54,872 nucleotides of DNA, from positions 1-54,872 of the forward strand of contig CANGQZ010000001.1 of assembly GCA_947455865.1 (NCBI GenBank), written 5' to 3'. A program made the position numbers and the translations under genes. A model generated the notes under the pieces. That model saw only the letters and a list, made by a program, of their open reading frames with translations. It was not told the origin of the DNA and did not search any database. Within the stretch, counting starts at the first letter, position 1. The number at the start of each line of letters is the position of its first letter. Positions 1-11,408 of this stretch are shown in pieces. The stretch is from Sphingomonadaceae bacterium (lineage in GTDB: Bacteria; Pseudomonadota; Alphaproteobacteria; Sphingomonadales; Sphingomonadaceae).

Positions 1-530
1 GCCATCCGCTCGAGCAGCAGGTCCAGTTCCTGCTCGGCGAGGATGATCCCGGCATGCGCCGGGCGGATGAACCCAGTTTTGACCATATGATGCTGAAATG
101 CCAGCAGATGATCGAAGAACCCGAAGGCGTTGTAAAGCCCCACCGGCTTGGCGTGATAACCCAGCTGCGCCCAGCTTACCGCTTCCCACAGCTCGTCCAT
201 CGTTCCCACTCCGCCGGGCAGAGTCAGGAACCCGTCGGACAGGTCGGTAAAGGCCTGCTTGCGCGCATGCATATTGGGCACGACGCGGAGTTCGGTGCAA
301 TCGGGATTGGCGATTTCGGCACCGGCCAGCGCCTCGGGGATCACGCCGATCACCTCGCCGCCCGCCGCCATCGCGGCATCGGCCAGCGCCCCCATCAGCC
401 CGCGCTTGCCCCCGCCATAGACCACGCCAATGCCGCGCGTCGCCAGCGTCCGGCCAACTTCGCCGGCAAGTGCCATGAACCGCGGGTCTTCCGGTGTGGC
501 CGAGCCGCAGTAAACGGCGACCCGCTGCAT
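1..530 (-). CDS. LOG family (TIGR00730) nucleotide phosphoribohydrolase; 3' end runs off the window
   Basis: Manual translation from ATG at 530: MQRVAVYCGSATPEDPRF...VVYGGGKRGLMG...MHARKQ...LPGGVGTMDE (PGGxGTxDE motif). Start overlaps the crtI stop (TGATG). Absent from the ORF track. Confidence 0.9.
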   Translation of the reverse strand, partial: MQRVAVYCGSATPEDPRFMALAGEVGRTLATRGIGVVYGGGKRGLMGALADAAMAAGGEVIGVIPEALAGAEIANPDCTELRVVPNMHARKQAFTDLSDGFLTLPGGVGTMDELWEAVSWAQLGYHAKPVGLYNAFGFFDHLLAFQHHMVKTGFIRPAHAGIILAEQELDLLLERM

Positions 531-2011
531 CACGCCAGATCCGCCAGCATCAGCCCCGCGGTTGCCTTGGCGCTGCCGACCACGCCGGGAATGCCCGCGC
601 CGGGGTGGGTGCCCGCGCCGACCAGATACATGTTCTTGAGCCGGTCGTCGCGGTTGTGGCCGCGGAACCATGCGCTCTGCATCAGCGTCGGCTCAAGGCT
701 GAACGCGCTGCCGAGATGAGCGTTGAGATCGAGCGCAAAATCGCGCGGGGCATAGTGGAACTTGGTCACGATCCGGTCGTGGATATCGGGGATCAGTCGC
801 CGCCCGACCTCGTCGAGAATGCGCTTTTCAAGGAGCGGGCCAATCTCCTCCCAGTCGACCGGCAGCTTGCCCTGGTGCGCCACCGGGACCAACGCATAGA
901 ATGTCGATTTGCCCGGCGGTGCCACCGAGGGATCGGTCACGGTCGGATGGTGGAGATAGATCGAGAAGTCCTTGGGCAGAACGCCGTGGACATAGATATC
1001 GTCAAGCAGGCCTTTGTAGCGCGGCCCGAACAGGATCATGTGGTGCGGGATGCCCGGCCACGTCCCCTCAACCCCGAAGTGGACCACGAACAGGCTCGGC
1101 GAATACGTCTTGCGCGTCAGCTTCCTGCCATAGTCGGCGGCCGGCGCAGAGCCACTGAGGAGGTCGCGGTAAGTGTGGACGATATCGGCATTGCTCGCCA
1201 CCGCGTCGAACCGTTCGCGCCAGCCGCTGCGGGTTTCCACGTCGGTCACCCTGTCACCGAAGGTGTCGATCGCCACCACCGGATCGTGCAGCCGCATGGT
1301 TCCGCCCAGCCGCTCGAAATGGCGTACCATCCCGGCGATCAGCTGGTTGGTGCCACCTTTGGCCCACCACACCCCGCCGTCCTTCTCCAGCTTGTGGATC
1401 AGGGCATAGATCGCGCTGGTGGTCATCGGATTGCCGCCGACCAGCAATGTGTGAAACGAAAGCGCCTCGCGCAGCTTCTCGCTCTTCACATAGCTTGAAA
1501 CCATCGAATAGACGCTGCGCCACGCCTGATAGCGGGCGAGCGCCGGCGCCGCTTTCAGCATGCTGGCAAAATCAAGGAACGGCACCGTGCCAAGCTTGAC
1601 GTAGCCTTCCTCCCAGACATGCGCGGAATATCGCAGGAACTGGTCGTAGCCATCCAGATCGCCGGGCGCGACGCGGGCGATTTCTGCCTTCAGCCCGGCC
1701 TCGTCGTTCGAATAGTCGAAGTTGACCCCGTCGGGCCAGTTGAGCCGGTAGAACGGCATTACCGGCATCAGCTCGACATCTTCGGAGATGTCATGCCCGC
1801 TCAGCGCCCACAGTTCCTTCAGACACGGCGGATCGGTGATCACGGTTGGCCCGGCATCGAAGGTGAAGCCTTCGCGCTCCCACACATAGGCACGCCCGCC
1901 GGGCTTGTCGCGCGCTTCGATCACCGTGGTCGCGATCCCCGCGGATTGCAGCCGGATCGCCAGCGCCAGCCCGCCGAACCCGGCGCCGATTACCGCCGCG
2001 CGCTTGCTCAT
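530..2011 (-). CDS. crtI: Phytoene desaturase
   Basis: GAGFGG FAD motif, FDAGPTVIT, C-terminal YLVGAGTHPGAGIPGV signature; 493 aa. Confidence 0.96.
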   Translation of the reverse strand: MSKRAAVIGAGFGGLALAIRLQSAGIATTVIEARDKPGGRAYVWEREGFTFDAGPTVITDPPCLKELWALSGHDISEDVELMPVMPFYRLNWPDGVNFDYSNDEAGLKAEIARVAPGDLDGYDQFLRYSAHVWEEGYVKLGTVPFLDFASMLKAAPALARYQAWRSVYSMVSSYVKSEKLREALSFHTLLVGGNPMTTSAIYALIHKLEKDGGVWWAKGGTNQLIAGMVRHFERLGGTMRLHDPVVAIDTFGDRVTDVETRSGWRERFDAVASNADIVHTYRDLLSGSAPAADYGRKLTRKTYSPSLFVVHFGVEGTWPGIPHHMILFGPRYKGLLDDIYVHGVLPKDFSIYLHHPTVTDPSVAPPGKSTFYALVPVAHQGKLPVDWEEIGPLLEKRILDEVGRRLIPDIHDRIVTKFHYAPRDFALDLNAHLGSAFSLEPTLMQSAWFRGHNRDDRLKNMYLVGAGTHPGAGIPGVVGSAKATAGLMLADLA

Positions 2012-3219
2012 GCCGTCGGCTCCGGCGCGGTCAGCGGATTGAGCGGTGGCGTGCCCAGCAGTGTCGCCACCGCCGTAAAGAATGGCACCGGGGGTTTGCC
2101 GGAAAGGATCCGCAACTGGTCGGCCATCGTTGTTTCACCTGCATACAAGCGTTCGATCAGGGCTGGCTTCAGCCCATAGAACCGTTGGAGCACCCGGAAG
2201 CGCTGGTCCGGCACCGCAGCACAGAACAGCAGCGTCGTCAGCTTGCGATAAAACCATCCCGCGCGCCAGTGCCCCTCGGCCCCTGCCCGGCTCCACGCTG
2301 CAAGACCAGTGCCCGAAAGATCGCTCTGCCGGGCAAGATCCAGTGCGAACGCCAGCGCATCGGGCAGCGAATAGCTGGTGAGCGAATGGAACAGCCCTGC
2401 CCGCACCCCGGCCAACGCCACGCCTGCGGATTCGGTCTCTGCCCGGTATGCCGCCCAATCGCCGCGTCCGACCACCGGCAGTACCCCGGTTTCCTCGCTC
2501 AGGATCTCCGCCACTTGCCATCCGGCCGCAGCGCAATAGGCGGCAATCCGTTCGCGCAGCAGTGGCGCGTTCAGGTCCGGACTGTCCGAATAATAGGTAT
2601 CCTCGACAAAGACTTCGGTGGGCGAGAACGGCAGGCAATAGACGAACCGATAGCCGTCCAGTTGCGCCACCGTCGCGTCCATCACCACCGGGCGCTCCAG
2701 CCCGTGCGGACGCTCGGTCCGCACCAGCTGGCCAACGAACTTCTGCCAGCCGCCTTCCATGTGCGGCAGGCTTGCCGTCCCGCGCGCGTCGATCACTGCG
2801 TGAGCGGCAATTTCCCGCCCGTCGGCCAGTTCGATCCGGTCTGCCGCCACCTGCGTCGCCGCGCAGCCGGTCAGCACCGCGCCCACCGGCAGCGCCTTGC
2901 GCAGCGCGGCGTCAAAGCGTTCGCTGGTGATGCTGCAATAAGGCGTCGCCAGGCGGCGGCGGCGGCGCGGAAAGCGCACTTCGTAAGCGTCCCAGCGCGC
3001 CGCGATCAGCGGCTCGATCAGCTCGGCCGCGCCATCGGGCAGGTCGGAGGCGAAGAACGACCAGACATGATTGCCGCCCAGTGCCGCCCCGCGCTCGATC
3101 ACCACCACGTGTAGCTCCGGACGCAGCTTCGCCAGCGCGAGGGCGATCAGGCCCCCCGCGAGCCCTCCGCCCAGCACGGCAATATCGGCGACCCGATTGT
3201 CCATTGGTCGATTGTCCAT
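2008..3219 (-). CDS. crtY: Lycopene beta-cyclase
   Basis: GGGLAGG, GGNHVWSFF, QKFVG, PVVMDATVAQLDGYRFVY, EDTYYSD motifs; ATGA overlap with crtI; start could also be 3204. Confidence 0.93.
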   Translation of the reverse strand: MDNRPMDNRVADIAVLGGGLAGGLIALALAKLRPELHVVVIERGAALGGNHVWSFFASDLPDGAAELIEPLIAARWDAYEVRFPRRRRRLATPYCSITSERFDAALRKALPVGAVLTGCAATQVAADRIELADGREIAAHAVIDARGTASLPHMEGGWQKFVGQLVRTERPHGLERPVVMDATVAQLDGYRFVYCLPFSPTEVFVEDTYYSDSPDLNAPLLRERIAAYCAAAGWQVAEILSEETGVLPVVGRGDWAAYRAETESAGVALAGVRAGLFHSLTSYSLPDALAFALDLARQSDLSGTGLAAWSRAGAEGHWRAGWFYRKLTTLLFCAAVPDQRFRVLQRFYGLKPALIERLYAGETTMADQLRILSGKPPVPFFTAVATLLGTPPLNPLTAPEPTA

Positions 3220-3347
3220 CGGCTGCGTTCCTAAGCCGGGCACTTCGCGGGCGCAACAGCGGCGGCGGCGCTCCTGGTTCTCCGGCCATTTACCTATTTA
3301 TCAGAATTTATACGTATTTTTGATGTTCCGCCCTTGAGGAGGCCGGA

Positions 3348-4250
3348 TTGTCTGCCCTTTTTGACCATGCCGGCCTGACGACCACGACCGACAGCCCGGT
3401 CACTTCGCTCGCCGAAATTATGAGCGCGTTCACTTATGCGCTCGATCTCACCGAGGGTCAGCCCGCCGGCCACTCCCTGCGCGCGTGCTGGATCGCACTG
3501 CACCTCGCCGAGGCGCTCGATCTGCCCCCGGCCGAGCGCCGCACGGTCTATTACGCCACGATGCTCAAGGATCTCGGCTGCAGCAGCAACGCCGCGCGCA
3601 TCGCCGAAGTCTATCTGGCCGATGACCGCGCGTTCAAGCGCGATTACAAACTGGTCGGAGCCGGGCTGGGGCCGGTGCTGAGCTTCGTGTTCTCGCGCAC
3701 CGGCGCAGGCGAGCCGCTTGGCCGGCGGGCGCGAGCGATTGCCAACATCTTGCGCAACGGCCCCGAAATCGCCCGTTCGTTGATCGAAACCCGCTGCACC
3801 CGCGGCGCCGATATCGCCCGCCTGCTGCGCTTTCCCGAACCGGTCGCGCAGGCGATCGCCGGGCTCGATGAACACTGGGACGGCTCGGGCAAGCCGGCGG
3901 GCCTTGCCGGCACCGCCATTCCGCTCGCGGCCCGCCTCGCCCTGCTCGCCCAAATCGCCGAAGTCTTCGCCGCCAACGCCGGCCCCGATGCCGCCCGCGC
4001 CGAAGTTGCCCGCCACCGCGGCGGCTGGCTCGATCCCGCGCTGAGCGATCTGTTCGCCGCGCTCGCCGCCGATCCTGCGTTCTGGACCACGCTGCGCTCG
4101 CCGCTGCTCGAAACCATGCTGATCGCGCGCGAGCCTGCGCCCCAGCTGCTCCCGGTCGACGAGGACTTTCTCGACGATATCGCGCTCGCCTTCGGGCAAG
4201 TGATTGATGCGAAAAGCCCCTGTACGGGCGGCCACAGCGCGCGGGTGTAA
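3348..4250 (+). pseudogene. Tandem HD-GYP (c-di-GMP phosphodiesterase-type) protein truncated at the start of the second HD-GYP domain
   Basis: ALDLTEGQPAGHSLR, EHWDGSGKPAGLAGTAIP; ends abruptly at IDAKSPCTGGHSARV*, where the second domain normally begins. Confidence 0.75.
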
Positions 4251-4400
4251 GTGCCGTCGCCGTTGTCACTGACCGTGCCGTCGGTGACGGACAGGTCCGC
4301 CACCGCCGTGGCTTCGCTGAACCCGGCAAGCAGGTCCGCGGCAGCAAGGATATAGGCTTGGTCCTCAACGCCGTGAGGCAGGTCAGTCACAGGCAGCTGT
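4245..4400 (-). pseudogene. Remnant of one cadherin-like/Ig-like adhesin repeat
   Basis: Minus-strand translation LPHGVEDQAYILAAADLLAGFSEATAVADLSVTDGTVSDNGDGTYT fits the EDxxxxxxxxDLL...DNGDGTyT repeat pattern; no convincing start. Confidence 0.55.
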
Positions 4401-4601
4401 CCCGATCGCGGATGTATACGTGTAGTCTCATAGGCTGGCTTCTTTACAGGCCAGAGACGGTTTGTCGCCCCGCAGCGCATCTTATGACAGTACCTGTAAC
4501 ATTCTGGCCCACAAGGAACCGGCTGGTGATGCTCCGTCTGCGCCGGTCGGGCCGCTCCCGTATCGCGGCTGGACAGTGCTGCCCGGCTGCCGTAATCAGG
4601 G

Positions 4602-6605
<2,004 letters not shown>

Positions 6606-6616
6606 GCCTCTCGAAC

Positions 6617-7042
6617 ATGCTCGCTGCGTTGCTGTACTTGTTCACCCCGTCCGCTGGTGGGGCCCCGCCGGCCCCGCCGGCGTCGCCAGCGGTGGTGCTC
6701 CCGCTACAGACTCCGCCGCAAGTGCCCTCCCCGCCGCCATCCCCGCCGGCCCCGCCCACCGCCTCCGTGCAGAACGATGCGGTCAGCCCGCCCGGCGTTG
6801 GCGGCTATGCGGTGATGGATCCGCGCGCGCCCGAACTGCGCCCGGTGCTGCAGGCCGCGCTCGCCCACATCCTCCCCGCCCGGCGCGGGCGCGGCAAGAT
6901 CGTCAGCGCCCAGCGGCAGGTCGTCGCGGGCATGAATTACCGGCTCGATCTCAAGCTGCGCGATGCCTCGCGCTGGCGCGTCACCGTCTGGCGCCGGCTT
7001 GATGGCACGCTGCAGGTCACGTCGGCCGAACGCCACGATTAA
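6617..7042 (+). CDS. Cystatin-domain protein with Pro-rich N-terminal linker
   Basis: GGY...SAQRQVVAGMNYRL...VTVW: QxVxG hairpin plus N-terminal Gly and downstream Trp; short hydrophobic N-terminus; ATG 11 nt after the thiC stop. Confidence 0.75.
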   Translation: MLAALLYLFTPSAGGAPPAPPASPAVVLPLQTPPQVPSPPPSPPAPPTASVQNDAVSPPGVGGYAVMDPRAPELRPVLQAALAHILPARRGRGKIVSAQRQVVAGMNYRLDLKLRDASRWRVTVWRRLDGTLQVTSAERHD

Positions 7043-7058
7043 GCGGCGGGCGCCCCGC

Positions 7059-8042
7059 CTAAAGCCGGTGCACCAGCCCCAGCATCCGCAGCAGCGCATA
7101 GACCCCGCCCGAGGCCATCAGCGCCAGCACCGTCGCCTCCACCGTCCCGCCGTGTTCGCTGGCGAAGGGCAGCCCGCCGGTGTTCATCCCGAAAAACCCG
7201 GTCACCAGCGTCGCCGGCAGCAGCAGCGCGGAGAGGATCGAGAGCACATAGAGGTTCTGGTTGGTCCGCTGCGAGGATTGCAGGTCGGCCTCTTCTCGCA
7301 GCAGCCGCAATTGGCCCTGAATTGCCACCATGTCGCTGTCGATCTCGCTCAGCTGCTGCGCCAGCCGCTCGATTGTCGGCTGCAGCGGCTCGGGCAGATC
7401 CTCGTCGCCCTCCAGCCGCTTGAACACCGCGTGCATCCCTGAAAGCAGGCGGTGAAACTGGACCACCCGCCGGCGGATATCGATCAGCTTGCGGTGATCG
7501 AAGGTCTCGGGCCGGTCGAGCAGGGCATCCTCGAAGCTTTCGATCTCGCTTGCCTGATCGCGCGCCACCGTCGTCACGTGTTCGATGATCGAGGATACCG
7601 CCAGCCCCAGCGCTCCGCCGCTGTCGCTCACCCGCGCCCCGCGTTCGATCTTGGATCGGGCGATATCGGCCGAGCGCAGCGGGTGGTGCCGCGCGGTCAC
7701 GATCATCCGCGGCCCCAGCGCGATCCGCAATGCGCCGGTGCGCTCGGCGTCGATCCGGTCGAAATCGCGCTCGACATCGTGGAGCACGCAGCCGACATAT
7801 TCGCCTTCAACAACCGCGCGCTGGTGACGCTCGGGCGAAAGCAGCATTTCCTTGAGCTGTTCGGGCAGCTGCGCCGATCCGGCGATCCACTGCTGGGTCA
7901 CCGCATCGGCCAGGTTCAGGTGCAGCCAGCGGAAGGTCGCCGGGTCGGCGGCCGGGGTCAGCGCCCAGTCGCCCTCGTTCCACGCGCGGGCCTCGCCCGC
8001 GGTGAAATCGATTCCCCAGATGATCGCCGGATGAGTGAGCAT
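7059..8042 (-). CDS. CorA/ZntB family divalent cation transporter
   Basis: WLHLNL N-terminal motif, LPATLVTGFFGMNTGGLP (GMN), two C-terminal TM helices. Confidence 0.9.
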   Translation of the reverse strand: MLTHPAIIWGIDFTAGEARAWNEGDWALTPAADPATFRWLHLNLADAVTQQWIAGSAQLPEQLKEMLLSPERHQRAVVEGEYVGCVLHDVERDFDRIDAERTGALRIALGPRMIVTARHHPLRSADIARSKIERGARVSDSGGALGLAVSSIIEHVTTVARDQASEIESFEDALLDRPETFDHRKLIDIRRRVVQFHRLLSGMHAVFKRLEGDEDLPEPLQPTIERLAQQLSEIDSDMVAIQGQLRLLREEADLQSSQRTNQNLYVLSILSALLLPATLVTGFFGMNTGGLPFASEHGGTVEATVLALMASGGVYALLRMLGLVHRL

Positions 8043-8101
8043 CGCCGATGCCCGTAACCCGCCTTGGCGCGCGGGTCTATCGTCCGCAGCGGTGTGCGGG
8101 T

Positions 8102-8239
8102 TCAGCCGCTCCGCTTCATGTTGTCGAGCCCGGCGATCACCCCCGGCTTGGTCGAAGGGTTGGAGGCATTGGGCTTGGCCGGCTTCTCCGCCTTGGGCTT
8201 GCGCGCTTCGCGGCTCGATTTCTTCTGGCTCTTGGCCAT
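8102..8239 (-). CDS. Small basic hypothetical protein (45 aa)
   Basis: MAKSQKKSSREARKPKAEKPAKPNASNPSTKPGVIAGLDNMKRSG*; strong RBS (CAGGAG-N8-ATG) and high-GC3 codons; below the ORF-track cutoff. Confidence 0.65.
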   Translation of the reverse strand: MAKSQKKSSREARKPKAEKPAKPNASNPSTKPGVIAGLDNMKRSG

Positions 8240-8317
8240 GTTCGGTACTCCTGCGGCAAAATGGCCGGTTCTTGGCTTACGCCTTGCGGCGCCGATCCTT
8301 GCGCGAATTCGGCAGGT

Positions 8318-8749
8318 TTACCCCGCCAGCTCCGCCTCCAGCGTGATCTCGCAGGTGAACAGCTTGGAAATCGGGCAATTCGCCTTGGCCTCGGCGGCGA
8401 TCCGCTGAAATTCGGCGTCATCGATCCCCGGCACGGTCGCGGTGAGCAAAAGCGCCGAAAGCGTCACCGCAAACCCGCCGCCGCTCTGCGGCTTGAGCGT
8501 CACGGTGCACTCGGTGGCGAGCGAACCGTCCGCATGCCCGGCCTGCGCCAGCGCAAAGCTTGTCGCCATCGTAAAGCACGCGGCGTGGGCGGCAGCGATC
8601 AGTTCCTCGGGATTAGTCCCCGGCTCACCGTCGAAACGGGTGCCGAACCCAAAAGGCTGGTCGGCCAGCACGCCGGACTTGGTGCTGATCGCACCCTTGC
8701 CGGCCTTGCCGAACCCGTCATAGCGGGCGGTGGCGGTGTTGGTGGTCAT
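8318..8749 (-). CDS. osmC: OsmC family peroxiredoxin
   Basis: GTNPEELIAAAHAACF and KANCPISK two-Cys motifs. Confidence 0.92.
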   Translation of the reverse strand: MTTNTATARYDGFGKAGKGAISTKSGVLADQPFGFGTRFDGEPGTNPEELIAAAHAACFTMATSFALAQAGHADGSLATECTVTLKPQSGGGFAVTLSALLLTATVPGIDDAEFQRIAAEAKANCPISKLFTCEITLEAELAG

Positions 8750-8899
8750 GTAGCGTGTCCTCCCGGCGCGGGATTGCGCCGCTCAGGCAATGCGCAGGGG
8801 CGGGGCGAGGTTCCCGGTCCAATTGAACCTTCCAAGTTGATACCAAACCGCAAAGCTCCAACTTTCCTACAATCAACCAAATCGGTTATGCATCGCCGC

Positions 8900-9502
8900 A
8901 TGGACCAACCAAAACGACCCCGCGCGTCCCGCGCCGCCCCCACGCCCGTCAAACTCCCCGATCGCTGGTGCCCGGGGCGAATGGCGGATTTCCTCCGCGC
9001 GCTCGCCGGCACGCAGTCGGTCGCCGAAGCCGCCCGCGTGGTGGGGATGAGCCGCCAGTCGGCCTATCGCCTCCGCGCCCGGCTCAAAGGCCAACCGTTC
9101 GATATCGCGTGGGAAACCGCGTTTCAGCACACCTATGACGAACTGGCGCAGGCCGCGCTCGAACGCGCCCTGCACGGGGTCGAAGTGCCGGTGTGGCACA
9201 AGGGCAAGCAGGTCGGCACCATGCGCAAGTACGATGAGCGACTGACCTGCTTTCTTCTCGCCCGGCGCAACTCGCTCGGCGCCCAGCGGCTCGGGCGCTA
9301 TACGGCGGCGGCCGAATTCTGGTCCGAACGGTGGGATAACCTGCTCGATCGGGTCGAATATGGCCCGGCCCACTGGACGCAGGCCAGTGGCGAGCCGCAC
9401 ACTGCCGAAACCCTCGGCGCTATGGATGCCGATCACGCCGAAATGCTCGCGTATCGCCACAGCTTCGATAGCCAGCGGGTCGAGCCGCCGCGCTGGCGTT
9501 GA
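8900..9502 (+). CDS. Hypothetical protein with N-terminal helix-turn-helix
   Basis: FLRALAGTQSVAEAARVVGMSRQSAYRLR HTH; ALERALHGVEVPVWHKGKQVG..RKYDERL; start 8888 or 8900. Confidence 0.7.
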   Translation: MDQPKRPRASRAAPTPVKLPDRWCPGRMADFLRALAGTQSVAEAARVVGMSRQSAYRLRARLKGQPFDIAWETAFQHTYDELAQAALERALHGVEVPVWHKGKQVGTMRKYDERLTCFLLARRNSLGAQRLGRYTAAAEFWSERWDNLLDRVEYGPAHWTQASGEPHTAETLGAMDADHAEMLAYRHSFDSQRVEPPRWR

Positions 9503-9509
9503 GTTGGAA

Positions 9510-9600
9510 ATGTGTCACCCTGTTCGCACAAGTGCGCGTCACGTAATTTCAGTAGCTTAGACTGAAATCCGGGCGCCATCAGGGTTACACATGTGTCACC
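9510..9600. repeat. Nested inverted-repeat element with three TGTGTCACC-like sites
   Basis: ATGTGTCACCCTG (9510-9522) / CAGGGTTACACAT (9580-9592), 1 mismatch; inner stem ATTTCAGT/ACTGAAAT (9546-9568). Confidence 0.6.
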
Positions 9601-10075
9601 CACGCGCCAACTTCTGCAGTGCTTCGTCCAGCGCCGAAAGGAACCGTGAGCGGTCAGTCTTGGCGAACGGGGCCGGGCCGCCGATGATCTCGCCGCCGGC
9701 GCGCAAGTCGGCCATGATCGCGCGGGTGGCGATCTGGTTGCCGATCGAGCTTTGGGTGAACGGCTTGCCCGAATGGCCGATCACGGTCGCCCCGGCCTTC
9801 AGGCAGCGGTCGGCCAGCAGGATGTCGGCAGTGGTCACCACCGTCAGCGGTCCGGCGGCGGCGGCGATCCAGTCATCGGCGGCGTCGAACCCGCCGTCCA
9901 CCACCACCCGCCGGATCAGCGGGTGCAGCGGCACCCGGAACGGGCTGTTGCTTACCACCACCACCGGCACCCCACGCCGCCACGCCACCTTGTAGATCTC
10001 GTCCTTCACCGGGCAGGCGTCGCCGTCGACCAGGATGCGCAGGCCGGAATCGGGCGGGGCAGGGGGCTGGGTCAT
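9596..10075 (-). CDS. YaiI/YqxD (UPF0178) family protein
   Basis: ILVDGDACPVK, GFDAADDWI, VVTTADILLA motifs. Confidence 0.9.
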   Translation of the reverse strand: MTQPPAPPDSGLRILVDGDACPVKDEIYKVAWRRGVPVVVVSNSPFRVPLHPLIRRVVVDGGFDAADDWIAAAAGPLTVVTTADILLADRCLKAGATVIGHSGKPFTQSSIGNQIATRAIMADLRAGGEIIGGPAPFAKTDRSRFLSALDEALQKLARG

Positions 10076-10104
10076 GGGGAAGGTTGGGGGATTAGTGGCG
10101 GCGC

Positions 10105-10410
10105 TCAGCGCTTCTTGACGAACTCGGCGCGCAGCACCAGCCCCTTGATCCCGTCGAACCGGCAGTCGATCTCCTGCGGGTCGCCGGTCAGGCGGATCGA
10201 TTTGATTAGCGTGCCCTGCTTCAGCGTCTGGCCCGCGCCTTTGACGGTCAGGTCCTTGATCAGCGTTACCTGATCGCCATCGGCGAGGAGGTTGCCCACC
10301 GCATCACGCACTTCGATCACATCGGCCGCTGCCCGTTTCGCGGCCAGCTCGGAAGCGGCCATCCATTCGCCGCTGTCCTCGTCGTAGACATAGTCTTCAT
10401 CGTCGCTCAC
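10105..10410 (-). CDS. PhnA/YjdM-like protein lacking the Zn-ribbon cysteines
   Basis: RDAVGNLLADGDQVTLIKDLTVKG...LRAEFVKK. Confidence 0.85.
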   Translation of the reverse strand: MSDDEDYVYDEDSGEWMAASELAAKRAAADVIEVRDAVGNLLADGDQVTLIKDLTVKGAGQTLKQGTLIKSIRLTGDPQEIDCRFDGIKGLVLRAEFVKKR

Positions 10411-10472
10411 CGCGCTCTCCTGCGTTCACCTGCCCCCTGTCCATGGCCGTCCCGGCCGGGTTTGGCCAGCGT

Positions 10473-11408
10473 TCACGCCAGCTGTTCATACATCCGGGCG
10501 ATATCCTCGGGGTGGGCCAGATCGGTGCCGGGGTTGAGCACCGCCGCCGTCCCCGCCGCCATGGCCCAGCGCAGCGCTCCGGCAGCGTCGGCGCCGCTCA
10601 GGAAGCCGTGGACCATCCCGGCCACGAAGCTGTCCCCCGCGCCGGTCGCGCTGCGCACCGGCACCGCGATGCCGGGATGGACGATCACCCCGCCGGCATG
10701 GGCCAGCACCGCGCCTTCGTGGCCGCAAGTCACCGCCACGAACTGCGCCTTGCCGGCATGAACCAGCGCCTGCGCCGCCGCGCCGATCTCCGCGGCGGAA
10801 GCGAACGCCTTGCCCGACAGCGTCTCGAACTCGCCCCGGCTCGGCTTGACGAGGAACATGCCGCCCGCCGCCAGTGCTGCCGCCAGCGCCGGGCCGGAGG
10901 TGTCGACCACCAGCTTCTTGCCTTGCGACGCCGCCATGCCGGCCAGCCGGGCGATGAAATCGTCCGGCACCCCGCGCGGTAATGAGCCCGAGGCGACCAA
11001 CCACTCGGCGCTCAGCGTGGCGCAGGCTGCCAGCGCGGCCTGCCACTCGCTCGCCGCGATCAGCGGGCCTTCGGGAACGAAGCGGTATTCCTGCCCGGTC
11101 GATCGCTCGAACACTGTCAGGCTCATCCGGGTGTGGTCATGGATCGGGATCGGCCGGGGAATCAGTCCGGTGCCAGCAAGCAACTCGTCGAGCAGCGCGC
11201 CGGTCGCCCCGCCAGCCAGGTAGAGCGCGGTCGCCGGTTCGCCCAGCCGGGCCAGCACCCGCGCCACGTTGATCCCGCCGCCGCCCGGATCATAGCGCTC
11301 GCCGGTGGTGCGGATCTTGTGCGTCGGGAACACCGCCTCGGCCTCGCTCGCGGCGTCGATCGTGGGGTTGAGCGTGAGCGTGGCGACGCGGGGCAGGGGG
11401 CTGTCCAT
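10473..11408 (-). CDS. PfkB family (1-phosphofructokinase-like) hexose kinase
   Basis: TLTLNPTID, PGGGGINVARVL, SGSLPRG, TGAGDSFVAG. Confidence 0.9.
   Translation of the reverse strand: MDSPLPRVATLTLNPTIDAASEAEAVFPTHKIRTTGERYDPGGGGINVARVLARLGEPATALYLAGGATGALLDELLAGTGLIPRPIPIHDHTRMSLTVFERSTGQEYRFVPEGPLIAASEWQAALAACATLSAEWLVASGSLPRGVPDDFIARLAGMAASQGKKLVVDTSGPALAAALAAGGMFLVKPSRGEFETLSGKAFASAAEIGAAAQALVHAGKAQFVAVTCGHEGAVLAHAGGVIVHPGIAVPVRSATGAGDSFVAGMVHGFLSGADAAGALRWAMAAGTAAVLNPGTDLAHPEDIARMYEQLA

Noticed and set aside
54-1498. Long plus-strand ORFs opposite LOG/crtI, and similar long antisense ORFs elsewhere (4671-6419, 14397-16244, 41358-42707)
   Set aside because: Shadow ORFs expected in high-GC DNA opposite well-supported genes; no motifs.
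6655-6765. C-rich repetitive DNA as a tandem repeat or CRISPR
   Set aside because: It encodes the Pro-rich linker of the cystatin-like protein; there is no repeat-spacer periodicity.
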